64,000 nt of DNA from positions 32,736,001 through 32,800,000 of the forward strand of contig OZ024742.1 of NCBI GenBank assembly GCA_964016885.1, read 5' to 3'. The first letter of the stretch is position 1, and the number at the start of each line of letters is the position of its first letter. The stretch is from Eledone cirrhosa (taxonomy: Eukaryota). Position numbers and translations under genes: made by a program. Below the pieces are notes generated by a model that worked only from the letters and a program-made list of their open reading frames with translations, ran no database searches and had not been told where the DNA came from. Shown here one piece after another: positions 27,865 to 41,454 of this stretch.

Positions 27865-28410
27865 ATCTTGCTCAGAACACTGACCGCCTGGAAACTGTTC
27901 AGAGACGTGCAACCAAGCGAATATCCTCCATCAGGCATCTACCAGACTCTGAAAGCCTTGCTTCCCTGGGCATGGATACATTGAAGCTCCAACATCTGGC
28001 AACTGACTTGGTAAACACCCTCAAAATTATTAACCATCTTGTCAACAACAACCTTGAGCCCCTTTTTGATTTCCATGTGTCTAACACATGTGGGCATGCC
28101 TACAAAGTCAGAAAACAACACAGCTTCCATGACTTTTGGAAACATTTTTTCACGCTCAGAGTTGCTGAAGCATGGAACAAACTACCTGCATCAGTTGTTA
28201 GCTGTCGAGACACTGCAACCTTTAAAACCTCCATGCTTCCTGAGATTCGCCAATACTACACTTGATATCCCCCCTCCATACACATGCACACGTGTATATC
28301 ATGACTATTCACTTCCCTGACATTTGTATATTATTATATGTAATATACATGCACCTTTGATGAGTTGTAGTGCACCTGAACACTGTACACAATAATTTCA
28401 TTATTATTAT
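27865..28410 (+). mobile_element. 3' fragment of CR1/L2-type LINE
   Basis: HFFTLRVAEAWNKLPASVV C-terminal motif and (ATT)n tail. Related copies at 3470-3910 (-) and 21835-22010 (+). Confidence 0.85.
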
Positions 28411-29174
28411 CACTGATATTTGCATTTAAATTCTCGGGGTTGATAAAACAAAGTACCACACCAGGGGTTGTGGGTTGGCAGAATTGTTAAAGCATTGGAC
28501 AAATTGCTTTGCAATATTTGTTTCAACTTTCTATATGTTCTGAGTGTCCTTGAAGCAGTGAACTTCTCTGTATCTAGATGACAAGATGGTGTCTTATAAA
28601 AAATACCCTAAAGAAGACAAAAGAAACCCACCTTTGTATTCTTCCAAAGACTCCATAGACTAACACATAGTGGTTGTCAAGGAAGTCACCGAGGGTCATT
28701 CATAAATCTGATAGTGTAGAGAAAAAAATCCTTATAACTCCCAATTTGAGAGAAGGGAAAAAAATGGATGGTCCTTGACAGAACTTAAACTACATATATA
28801 TTGCTTATAGTCACAGATATTTCTTGTGAAGATCAAATTAAAGTGAGACAATTTGCAATGTTGGACATTACTCTATATATTCATTGGATTCTACTTGTCA
28901 TTTTACTTGTCATTAAGCTGCGGCCAGCTTAAGAATGTGATGTGTAGTGAAGAACAATTTTTGGCTGAGTGACCTTGGATGAACCAGCAGCACTGTCGGT
29001 AGGAGTTGAAACTGTATATCCATTTTGACGGCTGATGATAACAGAGTTTTTTTACATGTTGCCAATATTACAATCTTACCCACTATACATGCATCTTCCA
29101 CTCTTCTTTTGTTAACTTACCTACACACACACACACACACATATGTGTATGTGTATACATATGTGTATATATAT

Positions 29175-30194
<1,020 letters not shown>

Positions 30195-30289
30195 CAAGTA
30201 TTGCACCAAGAAAAATAAAACGTTGGAATAAAGAGATTATGAATTTATTTGCTTTGACATATGTTTCTGTGTCTATTATAAATAAATAA

Positions 30290-30330
<41 letters not shown>

Positions 30331-30956
30331 AGGCTTTTACACAGTTTCTACCTACCAAATTTCACTTACATGGTATTGGTCAACCCAAGACTATAGAAGA
30401 AGTCGTTTGCCCAAGCTGCCATTCAGTAGGACCAAACTCCAAACCACATGACCCTGACTTGCTATGACAGTGAGAATCTGGTTCCATTGTGTTTGGACCT
30501 GGTGTATATCATCATCATCATCAACGTTTAACGTCCGTATATGTATATATTTATTTACCTCACCACATTAACTGGCCATATGTAAAAGTAGACTTTAGTA
30601 AAGAAATGTCACCAATAAAAAAAAAAGAAAAAAAGGAACTGACTATCTTGTAGAGATTGAGTCCACTACTGCACCATTTGTGCTACTCTGCTGCCTTAAC
30701 AACAACAACATCAATCATTTCTAACATAAGCAAAAGGCCACACATTTGTGGGGAGGGGGATAGTCAAACTGATGCCAGCACTTGACTGGTACTTTATTCT
30801 ATTGGAACTGGACAGATGAAAGGTAAAATTAAATCTCTTGGTGGGATTTGAACTCAGAACATGAAAAGCCATAACTAAATACTGCAAACATTTTGTCTGA
30901 CATTCTAATAATTCTGCCAGTTCAACAAAACTGCAAATGTTGACGGATTTTATATA

Positions 30957-31383
30957 AGATGACCTGGGATGAGGTGATAAAAGCCGACCTTACCCAATTA
31001 CACCTCTCAAAGGCGATGACACACGACCGTGACCTCTGGCGTCACGCAGTAATACAGAGTACCCGACCTCCCATGGGTACAAGCTGAAGTATATAGACAA
31101 TATTCCCCCACACCTCCCACTGCAAGGTGGTCGTGGAGGTGCCATGGCAAAAAAGCACCCAGCCGACACTATAAAGTGGACGTGTAGGCGCCACGAAAAA
31201 GCACCCAGCACTCACTGTAAATGAGGTTGGTGTTAGGAAGGGCATCCAGCTGTAGAAATCAAGCCAAATCAGTTCCTGTATGAGCAAGGCATGGTCAGCC
31301 GACCAGACGCTGCCCACAACAGGACAACCCGTCTAACCCATGCTAGCATGGAAGAACGGACGTAAAACGGTGATGATGATGAT
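30957..31383 (+). mobile_element. 5'-truncated RTE, inverted relative to 29175-29594
   Basis: Near-identical 3' end and (GAT)n tail. Confidence 0.9.
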
Positions 31384-31404
31384 TAATAATAATAACCTTA
31401 AAGA

Positions 31405-31810
31405 TTTTTATCAATTCTAATATGAATTTATATCAATTTTAACAGTATGAATTTATATCAATTTTAATAATATGAATTTATATCAATTTTAATAGTATGA
31501 ATTTTTATTAATTTTAACAATATGGATTTTTATTAATTTTAATATTATGAATTTTTATCAATTTTAATATTATGAATTTTTATCAATTTTAATATTATCA
31601 ATTTTTATCAATTTTAATAAAATGAATTTTTATCAATTTTAATAGTATGAATTTTTATTAATTTTAACAATATGGATTTTTATTAATTTTAATATTATGA
31701 ATTTTTATCAATTTTAATATTTTCAATTTTTATCAATTTTAATAAAATGAATTTTTATCAATTTTAATAGTATGAATTTTTATCAATTTTAATATCATGA
31801 ATATTTATTA
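31405..31810. repeat. 25-bp AT-rich minisatellite, ~16 units
   Basis: Unit atgaatttttatcaattttaatagt. Confidence 0.92.
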
Positions 31811-32685
31811 ATAATAGTATTGAAAATTTAGATTAATAATAATAATTGTTTCTACTTTTGGCACAAGGCCAACAATTACCCAGTACATTACTGGTAGATT
31901 AATAATAATAGTATTAAAGATTTATATTAATAATAATAATAAATACAAAGATTTCTTATACAGGCACAAGATAAAAAATTTGGTGCGGATGGAATTTATA
32001 TTAATAATTGATATTAACAATATAATAATAATAATGATTAATGATAATAATGATTTCTAATTTAGGCACAAGGTCAGCAATTTTTTGGAGGTAGGGGGTA
32101 GTCGACTTGAACCCAGTACTTGACTGTTACATTACTTTATCAACCCCAGACAGATGAAATGTAAAGTTGACCTTGGTGGGATTTGAAATCAGAATGTAAA
32201 AACCTGTTACTAAACACCACAAAAACATTTTGTTCAATGCTCTAACGATTCTGCCAATTCACTGTCCATAATAATAATTTGTGAAGTGGATATTTAAGGT
32301 GGCTGATTGCTGCAGTTTTCTTCCTAGTTGATTCAGTAACTCGTATATGGGACTTGTTGATAACATTGCTTGTAACTTTTGTATCTGCTCTACACCTTTT
32401 GTTGCAATTAAAAAGTTGTTATATATGTTAATTCTTCTTCTTCTTTGTCCACTTATTTCCATGAGGGTCATGGGTGCAGAGTCCTGAAACACTCCTTCCA
32501 GTGAGTCCTGTCAGAAGCAACTGTCTCCAACTGATCCGGCTAGATCTCCAAGTGAGACCAGCCAAGCTCAAACTCAAATATCTCTTTTACTCTTTCACCT
32601 GTTCCAGCCATCCGGCTGAGGTCATGCTGAAATTTTTAATGTAAGTATACCTACAATTTTTATTTTGTAAGCCTCACTCTGAAAC

Positions 32686-32874
32686 AAATAAATGTAAACA
32701 TATTTTATATATCCCTGTAAGTAGAAAAATATTGGTATTGTCCTTACATATTTCATTTGTAGTTGGAAATTTATCAGAAAACATGATGAATTTCCAACTA
32801 GAAATGTAACATGTAATGAAAATCTTAATATTGTTCTGTCTACAAAGATATTAAAATGTTTTTACATTTATTTA
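32686..32874. repeat. Imperfect fold-back palindrome
   Basis: aaataaatgtaaa...tagttggaaatt / aatttccaacta...tttacatttattt. Confidence 0.75.
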
Positions 32875-34934
32875 CTTCTTGCAGTGGAGTTTATAATTAA
32901 GGAGCCTCATATGATACGAGGCTCCTTCTGACCATGGGTTTGTACCTGAAAAGTTCCTCTCTGGGACACAAGCTTGAGCAAGGTAATTTGTGGAGAATCA
33001 ACAGTCGCCCATGAAGGTCAGTCACTCTTCTCCATAGTTGAAGAAAAAGGCAAAAGATGATGCAGCTTGGCACCAGTATCACTGTGACCCTGTCCTATTA
33101 AATGAGTACTAACTGCTGCTTATATGCATTATCTTTTAGCTGGGGTTGATAAAATAAAGTACTAGTAATGTACTGGGTAATTGCTGGCCTTGTGCCTAAA
33201 GTAGAAACAATTATCTTTTAGCTGAGTAAACTGGAGCAACGTGAAATAAAGTGTCTTGTTCAAGGACACAATCCACTGCTTGATCCAAGAACTGAACTCA
33301 TAACTTTATAATCATGAGTTAACACCTCTAATCATCAGATCACATGCCTAATGTAGGTATACCTGCATTAAAAATTTCATGTATTGTTAGTGTATATTTT
33401 TGTTTTTTCAAGCCAGTCAGTATCAGAAGAGTAGCAATGCCTATGGCCTTTGTGATCCTTCACCTAGACAAACAAGATCAATATGGTTCATGAACAGCCT
33501 GAACACTGTTAAAGGTATCAAAGGACCTGGGTGTCATTTTAGGTCTACTATCCCAATGTTAAGACTACCAGTCAATAATATATATATACCATGTATGTAG
33601 GATCTGATTGTTTGGTTTCCCTGATGATAAATCTGAAATCTGGGAAATACAGACTGATAAATTTCACCTAACCATAATTAATAGGCAACAGATATAGTTG
33701 TGTTTATGAAGTTCTCTTTGTAACCATAGATCAGTCTCACATCAGTCTCAAGTTCCATCGCACTGTATGGAATTCTCATTATTGTTAGGGTGGTGGATTG
33801 GCAGAATTGTTAGAGCATCACACAAAATGCCTTGTGGCAGTTATTCTGGCTCTTTACATTCTGAATTCAAATATAGCTGAGATCAAATATGTCTTTCATC
33901 CTTCAGCTGTTGATAAAATAAAGTAGCAGTGAAGTACTGAGATTCAATAAATTGACTATATCCCCACCTCCATTATATTGACTTGTGTATAACCATTATT
34001 ATTAAATTTGATCTAAGTTCAAATCCTGCCAAGGTTAACTTTGCCTTTCATCCTTACGGGGTCAATAAAATAAAGTACCAGTCACGCACTGGGATCGATT
34101 TAATCGACTTTCCGCTCCCCCAAAATTGCTGGCTTTGTGCCTATATAAGAAATCAGTATTAAATTTGAATAAAGAAATCATCATTATCATTATCTTAAAA
34201 TTATTGTTATTCATGTTAGCTTTGTGGCTAATAAAGAAAACATTATTATTGTTATTATTATTATTATTATTGCACTGTATTACCAAGTGCAGCTCTGTGC
34301 ACCTTGGGTATGTGCAGTGAGGTTTTTGGTGGTGATGTTTCTATTGCATTGAGAGTATTCTTTGTAATATGTGTGCAGTGCCTAGTTTATATTTTATATG
34401 TATGTCGTATATATTTGTAAATCTTGGGGTTTTAGTTATATATCTGTCTGTGTGTTTTTTAATCAATCTCAGAGCATCTATTATTATAGGTATTGTTGCT
34501 GTTTTCATCATCCATATATACATGTTATTTCTACCTCTAGATCTTTATATTAGGATAGATTATCTATGTCCTTGGTATTCTGTATATTTGTAGAATGTTT
34601 TCCTGTCCTTATAACCAACTGACAGAAATATATCAAATACGTGTATTGTTAGGAATTGTTTGTGGCACTAGACAAAGGTACAAAATATTCCACCTTACAA
34701 AAAAGAAAATAAAAAGACAAAACAATGGGTTCCCATTCATAATCTTCAAACTCTTAATCCATATATATATATACACACACATATATATATATTATATATA
34801 TGCGGGGAAAAGCGGACGTAAAATGATGATGATGATGTGTATATATGTGTATATATATTTATATATATATTATATATATGCGTGTGTGTGTGTGTGTGTA
34901 TAATATATATATAAATCTAAGTATGTATATGATG

Positions 34935-35005
<71 letters not shown>

Positions 35006-35061
35006 GCGTGTGTGAAAGTATATACTTTCAAACGTTCAATCATCTGACAGAAAGGTATACA

Positions 35062-35098
35062 ATGCTGACGATAGCTAATAAGCTTGAAACTAGTACAT
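35062..35098 (+). ncRNA. Minimal hammerhead ribozyme in a short PLE-like insert between (TA)n runs
   Basis: atg CTGACGA tagc taataa gctt GAAA CTAG TA cat, with palindromic stem III. Confidence 0.7.
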
Positions 35099-35559
35099 AG
35101 TTCCTGTGTCAGTGTTGAACAAAAGGGCGACGATGGTTGCCGAGCACTGTACGGTGTAATTCGGGCTGTTTGTTTACAAACAAACCGAACATTATAATAA
35201 ATGTTCGGTAAACCCATACGTACATATATATATACATACTACTGTACATCTGTACACATATATGTATGTACGTATACATACTTATATTTAGGTATCAGCC
35301 GTACTAAGAGTGAGAAATGAAATTTTGTTTCATTCTTTTCCATTTATATATATATATATATATATGGATTACTCCTAACCTCCACAAACCTGCATTGAGT
35401 ACAAATATAATCTGTGGATTTGCAACTTTCCACAGCTCAGACCATTAACATTGTGAAACAAATAACCATGGTATAAACATGATAATATTGAACAAATGAT
35501 AAGTGATAGCATGATAGTACTGAATAGATGGTGAATGGCATAAACAAGATAGTATTGAA

Positions 35560-36625
35560 AATGGTACCAAACATAAGATCAATAGTACCAATACAATGGT
35601 ATCAAACACATGGTAAATAGTACCAATACAATAGTACCAGACACCAGGTCAATAGTACCAATACAATGGTATCAAACACATGGTAAATAGTACCAATACA
35701 ATGGTATCAGACACATGGTAAATAGTACCAATAAAATGGTATCAAACACAAGATCAATAGTACCAATACAATGGTATCAGACACCAGGTCAATAGTACCA
35801 ATACAATGGTATCAGACACCAGGTCAATAGTACCAATAAAATGGTACCAAACATAAGATCAATAGTACCAATAAAATGGTATCAGACACATGGTAAATAG
35901 TACCAATACAATGGTATCAAACACATGGTAAATAGTACCAATAAAATGGTATCAAACACAAGATCAATAGTACCAATACAATGGTATTAGATACATGGTA
36001 AATAGTACCAATAAAATGGTATCAAACACAAGATCAATAGTACCAATACAATGGTATCAGACACCAGGTCAATAGTAACAATACAATGGTATCAGACACC
36101 AGGTCAATAGTACCAATAAAATGGTATCAGACACAAGATCAATAGTACCAATACAATGGTATCAGACACCAGGTCAATAGTACCAATAAAATGGTATCAG
36201 ACACAAGATCAATAGTACCAATACAATGGTATCAGACACCAGCTCAGTAGTACCAATAAAATGGTATTAGATACATGGTCAATAGTACCAAGAAAATGGT
36301 ATCAGGCATCAGGTTAATAGTACCAATAAGATGATATTAGACACAAGGTCAATAATACCAATAAAATGGTATCAGATACATGGTCAATAGTACGAAGAAA
36401 ATGGTATTAAGAAAATGGTATTAAGAAAATGGTATTAAACACATGGTCGATGTTACCAACTCGATGGTATTGAAAACTAGGTCAATGGTACCACTAAGAT
36501 TGTATTGAACATACAGTCAATGGTACCAATAAGAGGGTATTGAACAGGTAATCAATGGTACCAATAAGATGATATTGAACAGGTAATCAATGGTACCAAT
36601 AAGATGGTATTGAACACATGGCTAA
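35560..36625. repeat. 35-bp minisatellite, ~30 units
   Basis: Unit aatagtaccaatacaatggtatcagacaccaggtc, period 35 (35581 to 35616). Confidence 0.92.
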
Positions 36626-36975
36626 TGGCAGTAACAAGATGCTTTACACTCATGCTACTATTACATACAATAGCTGACTGGATTGATGGAGAGGATTCCT
36701 AGTAGGAAGGGAAAACTGTAGCAGAACAAATGCAAGGAATGAGAACAGAGATTTTATACATTACAAGAGAGAGAGACAGAGAGAGAGAGAGAGGATAGAA
36801 AGAGACAGAGAGAGGGTAGAGAGATACAGAGAGGGTATACATGAGGAAATGAGGGAGGGAATGTTTGTTTATATGATGCAATATGATAATAGGTATAGTG
36901 TGATACATACATAGTTTGACAATAGAAATGGTTTGTTTCATCATCTTACAACAAAAATTGTCATGTGTGTGTGCG

Positions 36976-37007
<32 letters not shown>

Positions 37008-37157
37008 CATATATATGTGTATATATATGTATTTATATATATATATGTGCATATATATGTGACTGTGTATATATATATATATATATGCATATATATATAT
37101 ATATATGTGTGCATATATATATGTGTGTATATATATATATATATATGTACATATATA

Positions 37158-37193
<36 letters not shown>

Positions 37194-37305
37194 CTTCTTC
37201 CTTCTTTCGAAACTCCCGCTTACACTCGACCCCCCCACCCGCTACTTCGAAGGCATGGGGCGGTCAAACGCCTAACACACACAACCATCATGCGGCCCCC
37301 CCCCC

Positions 37306-37339
<34 letters not shown>

Positions 37340-37619
37340 GATAGGAATTCACTTCGCCAAATTTCATTGCTTTGCTGTCTACCCCACGATATTCATGTAA
37401 CGTAGTATTTTCCTTCATCTCTACCTCCACAAATCCTAATTCCCCATTTCCTAATTCTAGCGTATTTTCAAAACAATCCATATTTCGTATCAAGTCCAAA
37501 TAGCCAATCTATCGCTAAAACAATCTACATTTTTTGTATGTATTAATTGTTAAATACGAAAGTTTTTGGTCGTATTGAACAGAACAAATTTTGTATTTTT
37601 GTTAATCGCTTGTTAAATG

Positions 37620-40600
37620 CAAGGACCCCATTCAATCATTACCTTCTATCTAGCTACCCAACACCCCTCCCTCCCGCCCCCACGCACCACCATTGCTATT
37701 ACGTGGACCAATCATAAGCCAGAGCCCCCACGCATCACCAGTATCATTACGCGGACCAATCAGAAGCCAGAGGCCTATACTATCGCTTGCCTGGTTGCCT
37801 TTCGATATATGATGGATGGATGGACTGCGGAATCCTGGAGAGTGGAGGAAAGAGAGAGAAAAATCTGGACGCTCAGCGACAATGCCAAAGATAAAGACAA
37901 ATTCACCTCTTGGACGAGAATGCGAGCACTCCTCATTGTTTCGACCGCGGACGGCTAACATAACCCCCCCCCCCCCCGCCCCCAACCCCCAAACGCAATC
38001 CAAAACTTCAGAGTTGGTACCATAAATGTAGGCACCCTAAAGAGTCGCGCTAACGAGGTTGTAGAAATGCTTGAACGTAAGGAGGTCGATGTTTGTTGTA
38101 TTCAAGAGACCAGGTGGAGGGGAGGGTCTGCTAGGTTCATTGAGGGTAAAAAACGATGTTATAAGCTTTTCTGGGTGGGAAACGACGATGGGCTGGATGG
38201 AGTAGGAATCATGGTAGCAGAAAAGTGGGCAGATAAGATAATAGACGTAAATAGAGTGAACGACAGAATAATTAAAATACGACTTGTCCTCAATAGAACT
38301 ACGGTGACAGTAATATCTGCGTACGCACCCCAATCCGGACTGCCCGGCACTATAAAAGACAGATTCTATGAGACACTGATGCTAACTACCTCCCAAATAT
38401 CAGACAGTGACTATATAATTATCGCAGGCGACCTAAATGGTCACGTTGGACAACATTGTGACGGCTACGACGAAATCCATGGAGGCTATGGGTTTGGTAC
38501 TAGAAATGAGGAAGGCTCCAGAATCCTGGAATTCTGTGATGCAAATAACCTAACTATCTGTAACACTAACTTCAAAAAACGTGACAATCACCTGATCACC
38601 TATAGATCCGGGGAACACACAAGCCAGGTAGATTATATCCTTACCAGAAGACGTGACAGAGTGTCTGTTATAAACACTAAATCCCTCCCCCATGAAGAAT
38701 GCACCTCCCAACATAGACTGATAATTAGCGACCTCATAGTCAGGACGAGACGTACTCGACAGCAGAAGAGGACTATCCTCAGGAGAAAAATATGGAAGCT
38801 AAAGGACCCCACAGCCAGGAATAAATTTCAAAGCATATTACTTGATGCTTTCGACAGTAAGGAAGAACATTTAGAGTCGGACAATATAGAGGGAGAGTGG
38901 GAATTTCTGAAAGCAAACCTGCTGTTGGCGACAGACGAAGTCTGTGGCTGGAGCAGGCCTATAGGCAGGAGGAGAGTAACATGGTGGTGGAACAGTAAGG
39001 TGGAGGGGTCAATTAAGGCCAAAAAGCAGGCTTGGAAAATATGGCGGGATGGGGGAAGTAGAGAAGACTATCAAGTGGCCAGGAGGGAAGCTAGGAGACA
39101 AGTGTACTTAGCAAGAAGGGAAGCTGAGGAAAGAAAGTTCAAGCATGTTCTACAACGCGATGACCAAAAACATGAGGTGTTCAGGATTGCTAGGCAATGC
39201 GTCAAGGAAAACCGTGATATTGTCGGGGAGAAGTGTGTACTAGACGACGATGGCACACTTGCCATCACCGACGCTGATAAGAAGGTAGCTTGGAAGTGTC
39301 ACTATGAAAGGCTACTAAATGAGGAGAATAAATGGGAGAAAGACAGTCTCCCCCATATCGACCCAATAGAGGGACCAGCAGTGTTAGTCGAGGGGAGTAT
39401 AATAAGTAAGGCAATCAAGGATATGAAGACGGGTAAGGCGGCTGGGCCTTCGGAAATAGTTGCTGAGATGCTGAAGGCATCTGGCACGGTGGGACACACC
39501 ATGGTCACCCGCATAGTTAACCAAGTCGTACAGAATGGGGTTGTTCCGAAGGACTGGCATAGCAGCATCATCGTTAACTGTTATAAGGGTAAAGGAGACG
39601 CCCTAGATAGGAGTAACTATAGAGGCATTAAATTAATCGACCAGGTCATGAAGGTCACGGAAAAAGTAATAGCGCAACTAATCAGAGAGAGAATTGACCT
39701 AGATGAAATGCAGTTCGGGTTTGTGTCAGGCAAAAGTACCACAGACGCTCTTTTCATTGTACGACAACTACAGGAGAAGTACCTAGCTAAAGGTAAACCC
39801 CTCTACTTAGCTTTTGTCGACTTGGAGAAAGCCTTCGACAGAGTCCCCCGCTCCATTACCTGGTGGGCTCTTAGAAAACTAGGCGTTGACGAATGGCTTG
39901 TGAGGGCTATACAAGCCATGTATAAAGAAACAGTCAGCAAGGTTAGAATTAACAACGAATATAGTGAAGAGTTTAGCGTAAAAGTTGGCGTCCATCAGGG
40001 CTCTGTTCTCAGCCCCCTACTATTTATTATTGTCCTTCAGGCTATAACAGAGGAGTTCAAGACAGGCTGCCCATGGGAACTCCTATACGCAGACGACCTG
40101 ACACTCATAGCGGAATCAATGGCCGAGCTAGAGAAGAAATTCCAAACATGGAAGCACGGCCTAGAGTCAAAAGGACTTAAAATTAACCTGGCTAAGACCA
40201 AAGTACTAGTTTGTAGGAAAGAAAACAAGGCGGCGGTCCCTTCTGGGAAATGGTCGTGCTCGGTGTGTAGGAAAGGCGTAGGTAGAAACTCCATTTTATG
40301 TCCTAAATGCAAAGTATGGGTGCATAAAAGATGTAGTGGGATCACAGGTAAGCTAACTAAGAACATAGATTTTACATGTGGCCGGTGCTCTGGTGCAATA
40401 AGTAGCAGCAAGTGCCCACAAACTACTAGCTCTTTCAATTGCGCAGAGGGTTCTATAGAAATAGTGGACAGCTTCCGTTACCTGGGCGATAAAATCAGCA
40501 GTGGGGGAGGGTGCTCTGAAAGTACTGTAGCTAGAGTCAGAACTGGTTGGAAAAAGTTCAGAGAGCTTATACCACTATTAGCTGCTAAAGGGTTCTCACT

Positions 40601-41440
40601 AAAAATGAAAGGCAGGTTGTACGATGCCTGCATACGAACAACAATGCTGCATGGCAGTGAGACCTGGGCATTGTGTGCAGAGGATATACGCAGACTAGAG
40701 AGGAACGAAGCTTGCATGCTCCGCTGGATGTGTAACAGTAATATACGTGAACGGCAAAGCATAAACGAACTAAGGAAAAAATTAGAGATAAGAGGGATCA
40801 GATGTTGTTTACTCGAGAGAAGGCTACGTTGGTATGGACACTTGATGCGCATGAAAGTCGATAGCTGTATAACAAAGTGCAGGGCAATAAAGATAGACGG
40901 TAGTCACGGAATAGGCAGACCTAGAAAAACCTGGGACGAGCTGATAAACTCCGACATCACACACTTACACCTCTCCAAGACAATGTCACTGGACCGAGAC
41001 CTTTGGCGGTACTCAGTAACAGAGAAGACCCGCCTTACCTAAATATATAGTAAAACCTACTCCAGCCAGTAGGCATCTCTAACAAAATACACCCCGTCCC
41101 ACCACCCCCACCCCCACCCCATCCACACCACCCCGTTCTATGTAAAGTTATGTTGGTGCCGCGCCATCGAGGCCGAAACAAATGAGATCGTGTAGGTGTC
41201 GCGACAAAAAAACACACAGTCCACGCTGTAATGTGGCCGTGTAGGCAACACGGTAAAAACCTCCCAGACCCACACTGTAAATGTGGTTGGTGTTAGGAAG
41301 GGCATCCAACTGTAGAAAACCTGCCAGACAGTCCTATGCGAGCAAGACAATCATTCTTGCCTCAAGTGGGACTACCCCCGTCCAAACCCATGCAAGCGTG
41401 GAACACGGACGTTAAACGTTGATGATGATGATGATGATGA
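37620..41440 (+). mobile_element. Near full-length RTE-clade LINE (5' boundary approximate; ~400-nt 3'UTR; (GAT)n tail)
   Basis: Single APE+RT ORF and a (GAT)n tail abutting (TA)n. Antisense to PHKA. Confidence 0.93.
38067..41042 (+). CDS. RTE LINE ORF: AP endonuclease, reverse transcriptase, Cys-rich finger
   Basis: 991 aa uninterrupted. Motifs CIQETRW, AGDLNGH, DYIL, QHRL, QFGF, FVDLEKAFD, GVHQGSVLSP, YADD, FRYLG, RRLRWYGH. Confidence 0.97.
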   Translation: MLERKEVDVCCIQETRWRGGSARFIEGKKRCYKLFWVGNDDGLDGVGIMVAEKWADKIIDVNRVNDRIIKIRLVLNRTTVTVISAYAPQSGLPGTIKDRFYETLMLTTSQISDSDYIIIAGDLNGHVGQHCDGYDEIHGGYGFGTRNEEGSRILEFCDANNLTICNTNFKKRDNHLITYRSGEHTSQVDYILTRRRDRVSVINTKSLPHEECTSQHRLIISDLIVRTRRTRQQKRTILRRKIWKLKDPTARNKFQSILLDAFDSKEEHLESDNIEGEWEFLKANLLLATDEVCGWSRPIGRRRVTWWWNSKVEGSIKAKKQAWKIWRDGGSREDYQVARREARRQVYLARREAEERKFKHVLQRDDQKHEVFRIARQCVKENRDIVGEKCVLDDDGTLAITDADKKVAWKCHYERLLNEENKWEKDSLPHIDPIEGPAVLVEGSIISKAIKDMKTGKAAGPSEIVAEMLKASGTVGHTMVTRIVNQVVQNGVVPKDWHSSIIVNCYKGKGDALDRSNYRGIKLIDQVMKVTEKVIAQLIRERIDLDEMQFGFVSGKSTTDALFIVRQLQEKYLAKGKPLYLAFVDLEKAFDRVPRSITWWALRKLGVDEWLVRAIQAMYKETVSKVRINNEYSEEFSVKVGVHQGSVLSPLLFIIVLQAITEEFKTGCPWELLYADDLTLIAESMAELEKKFQTWKHGLESKGLKINLAKTKVLVCRKENKAAVPSGKWSCSVCRKGVGRNSILCPKCKVWVHKRCSGITGKLTKNIDFTCGRCSGAISSSKCPQTTSSFNCAEGSIEIVDSFRYLGDKISSGGGCSESTVARVRTGWKKFRELIPLLAAKGFSLKMKGRLYDACIRTTMLHGSETWALCAEDIRRLERNEACMLRWMCNSNIRERQSINELRKKLEIRGIRCCLLERRLRWYGHLMRMKVDSCITKCRAIKIDGSHGIGRPRKTWDELINSDITHLHLSKTMSLDRDLWRYSVTEKTRLT

Positions 41441-41454
41441 TATATATATATGTA

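Noticed and set aside
28974-29011. Possible phase 1->0 exon (VSTPTDSAAGSSK)
   Set aside because: Weak gtcact donor, no pyrimidine tract, no recognisable homology.
35560-36625. CRISPR-like periodic array
   Set aside because: No unique spacers, no cas genes, eukaryotic intron; it is a minisatellite.
36699-37405. Long YI/HT-rich ORFs (also 42738-43371)
   Set aside because: Translations of TA/CA microsatellites.
39071-40852. Antisense ORFs over RTE copies (also 29596, 42043, 51274, 51778)
   Set aside because: Shadow frames of the RT coding sequence.
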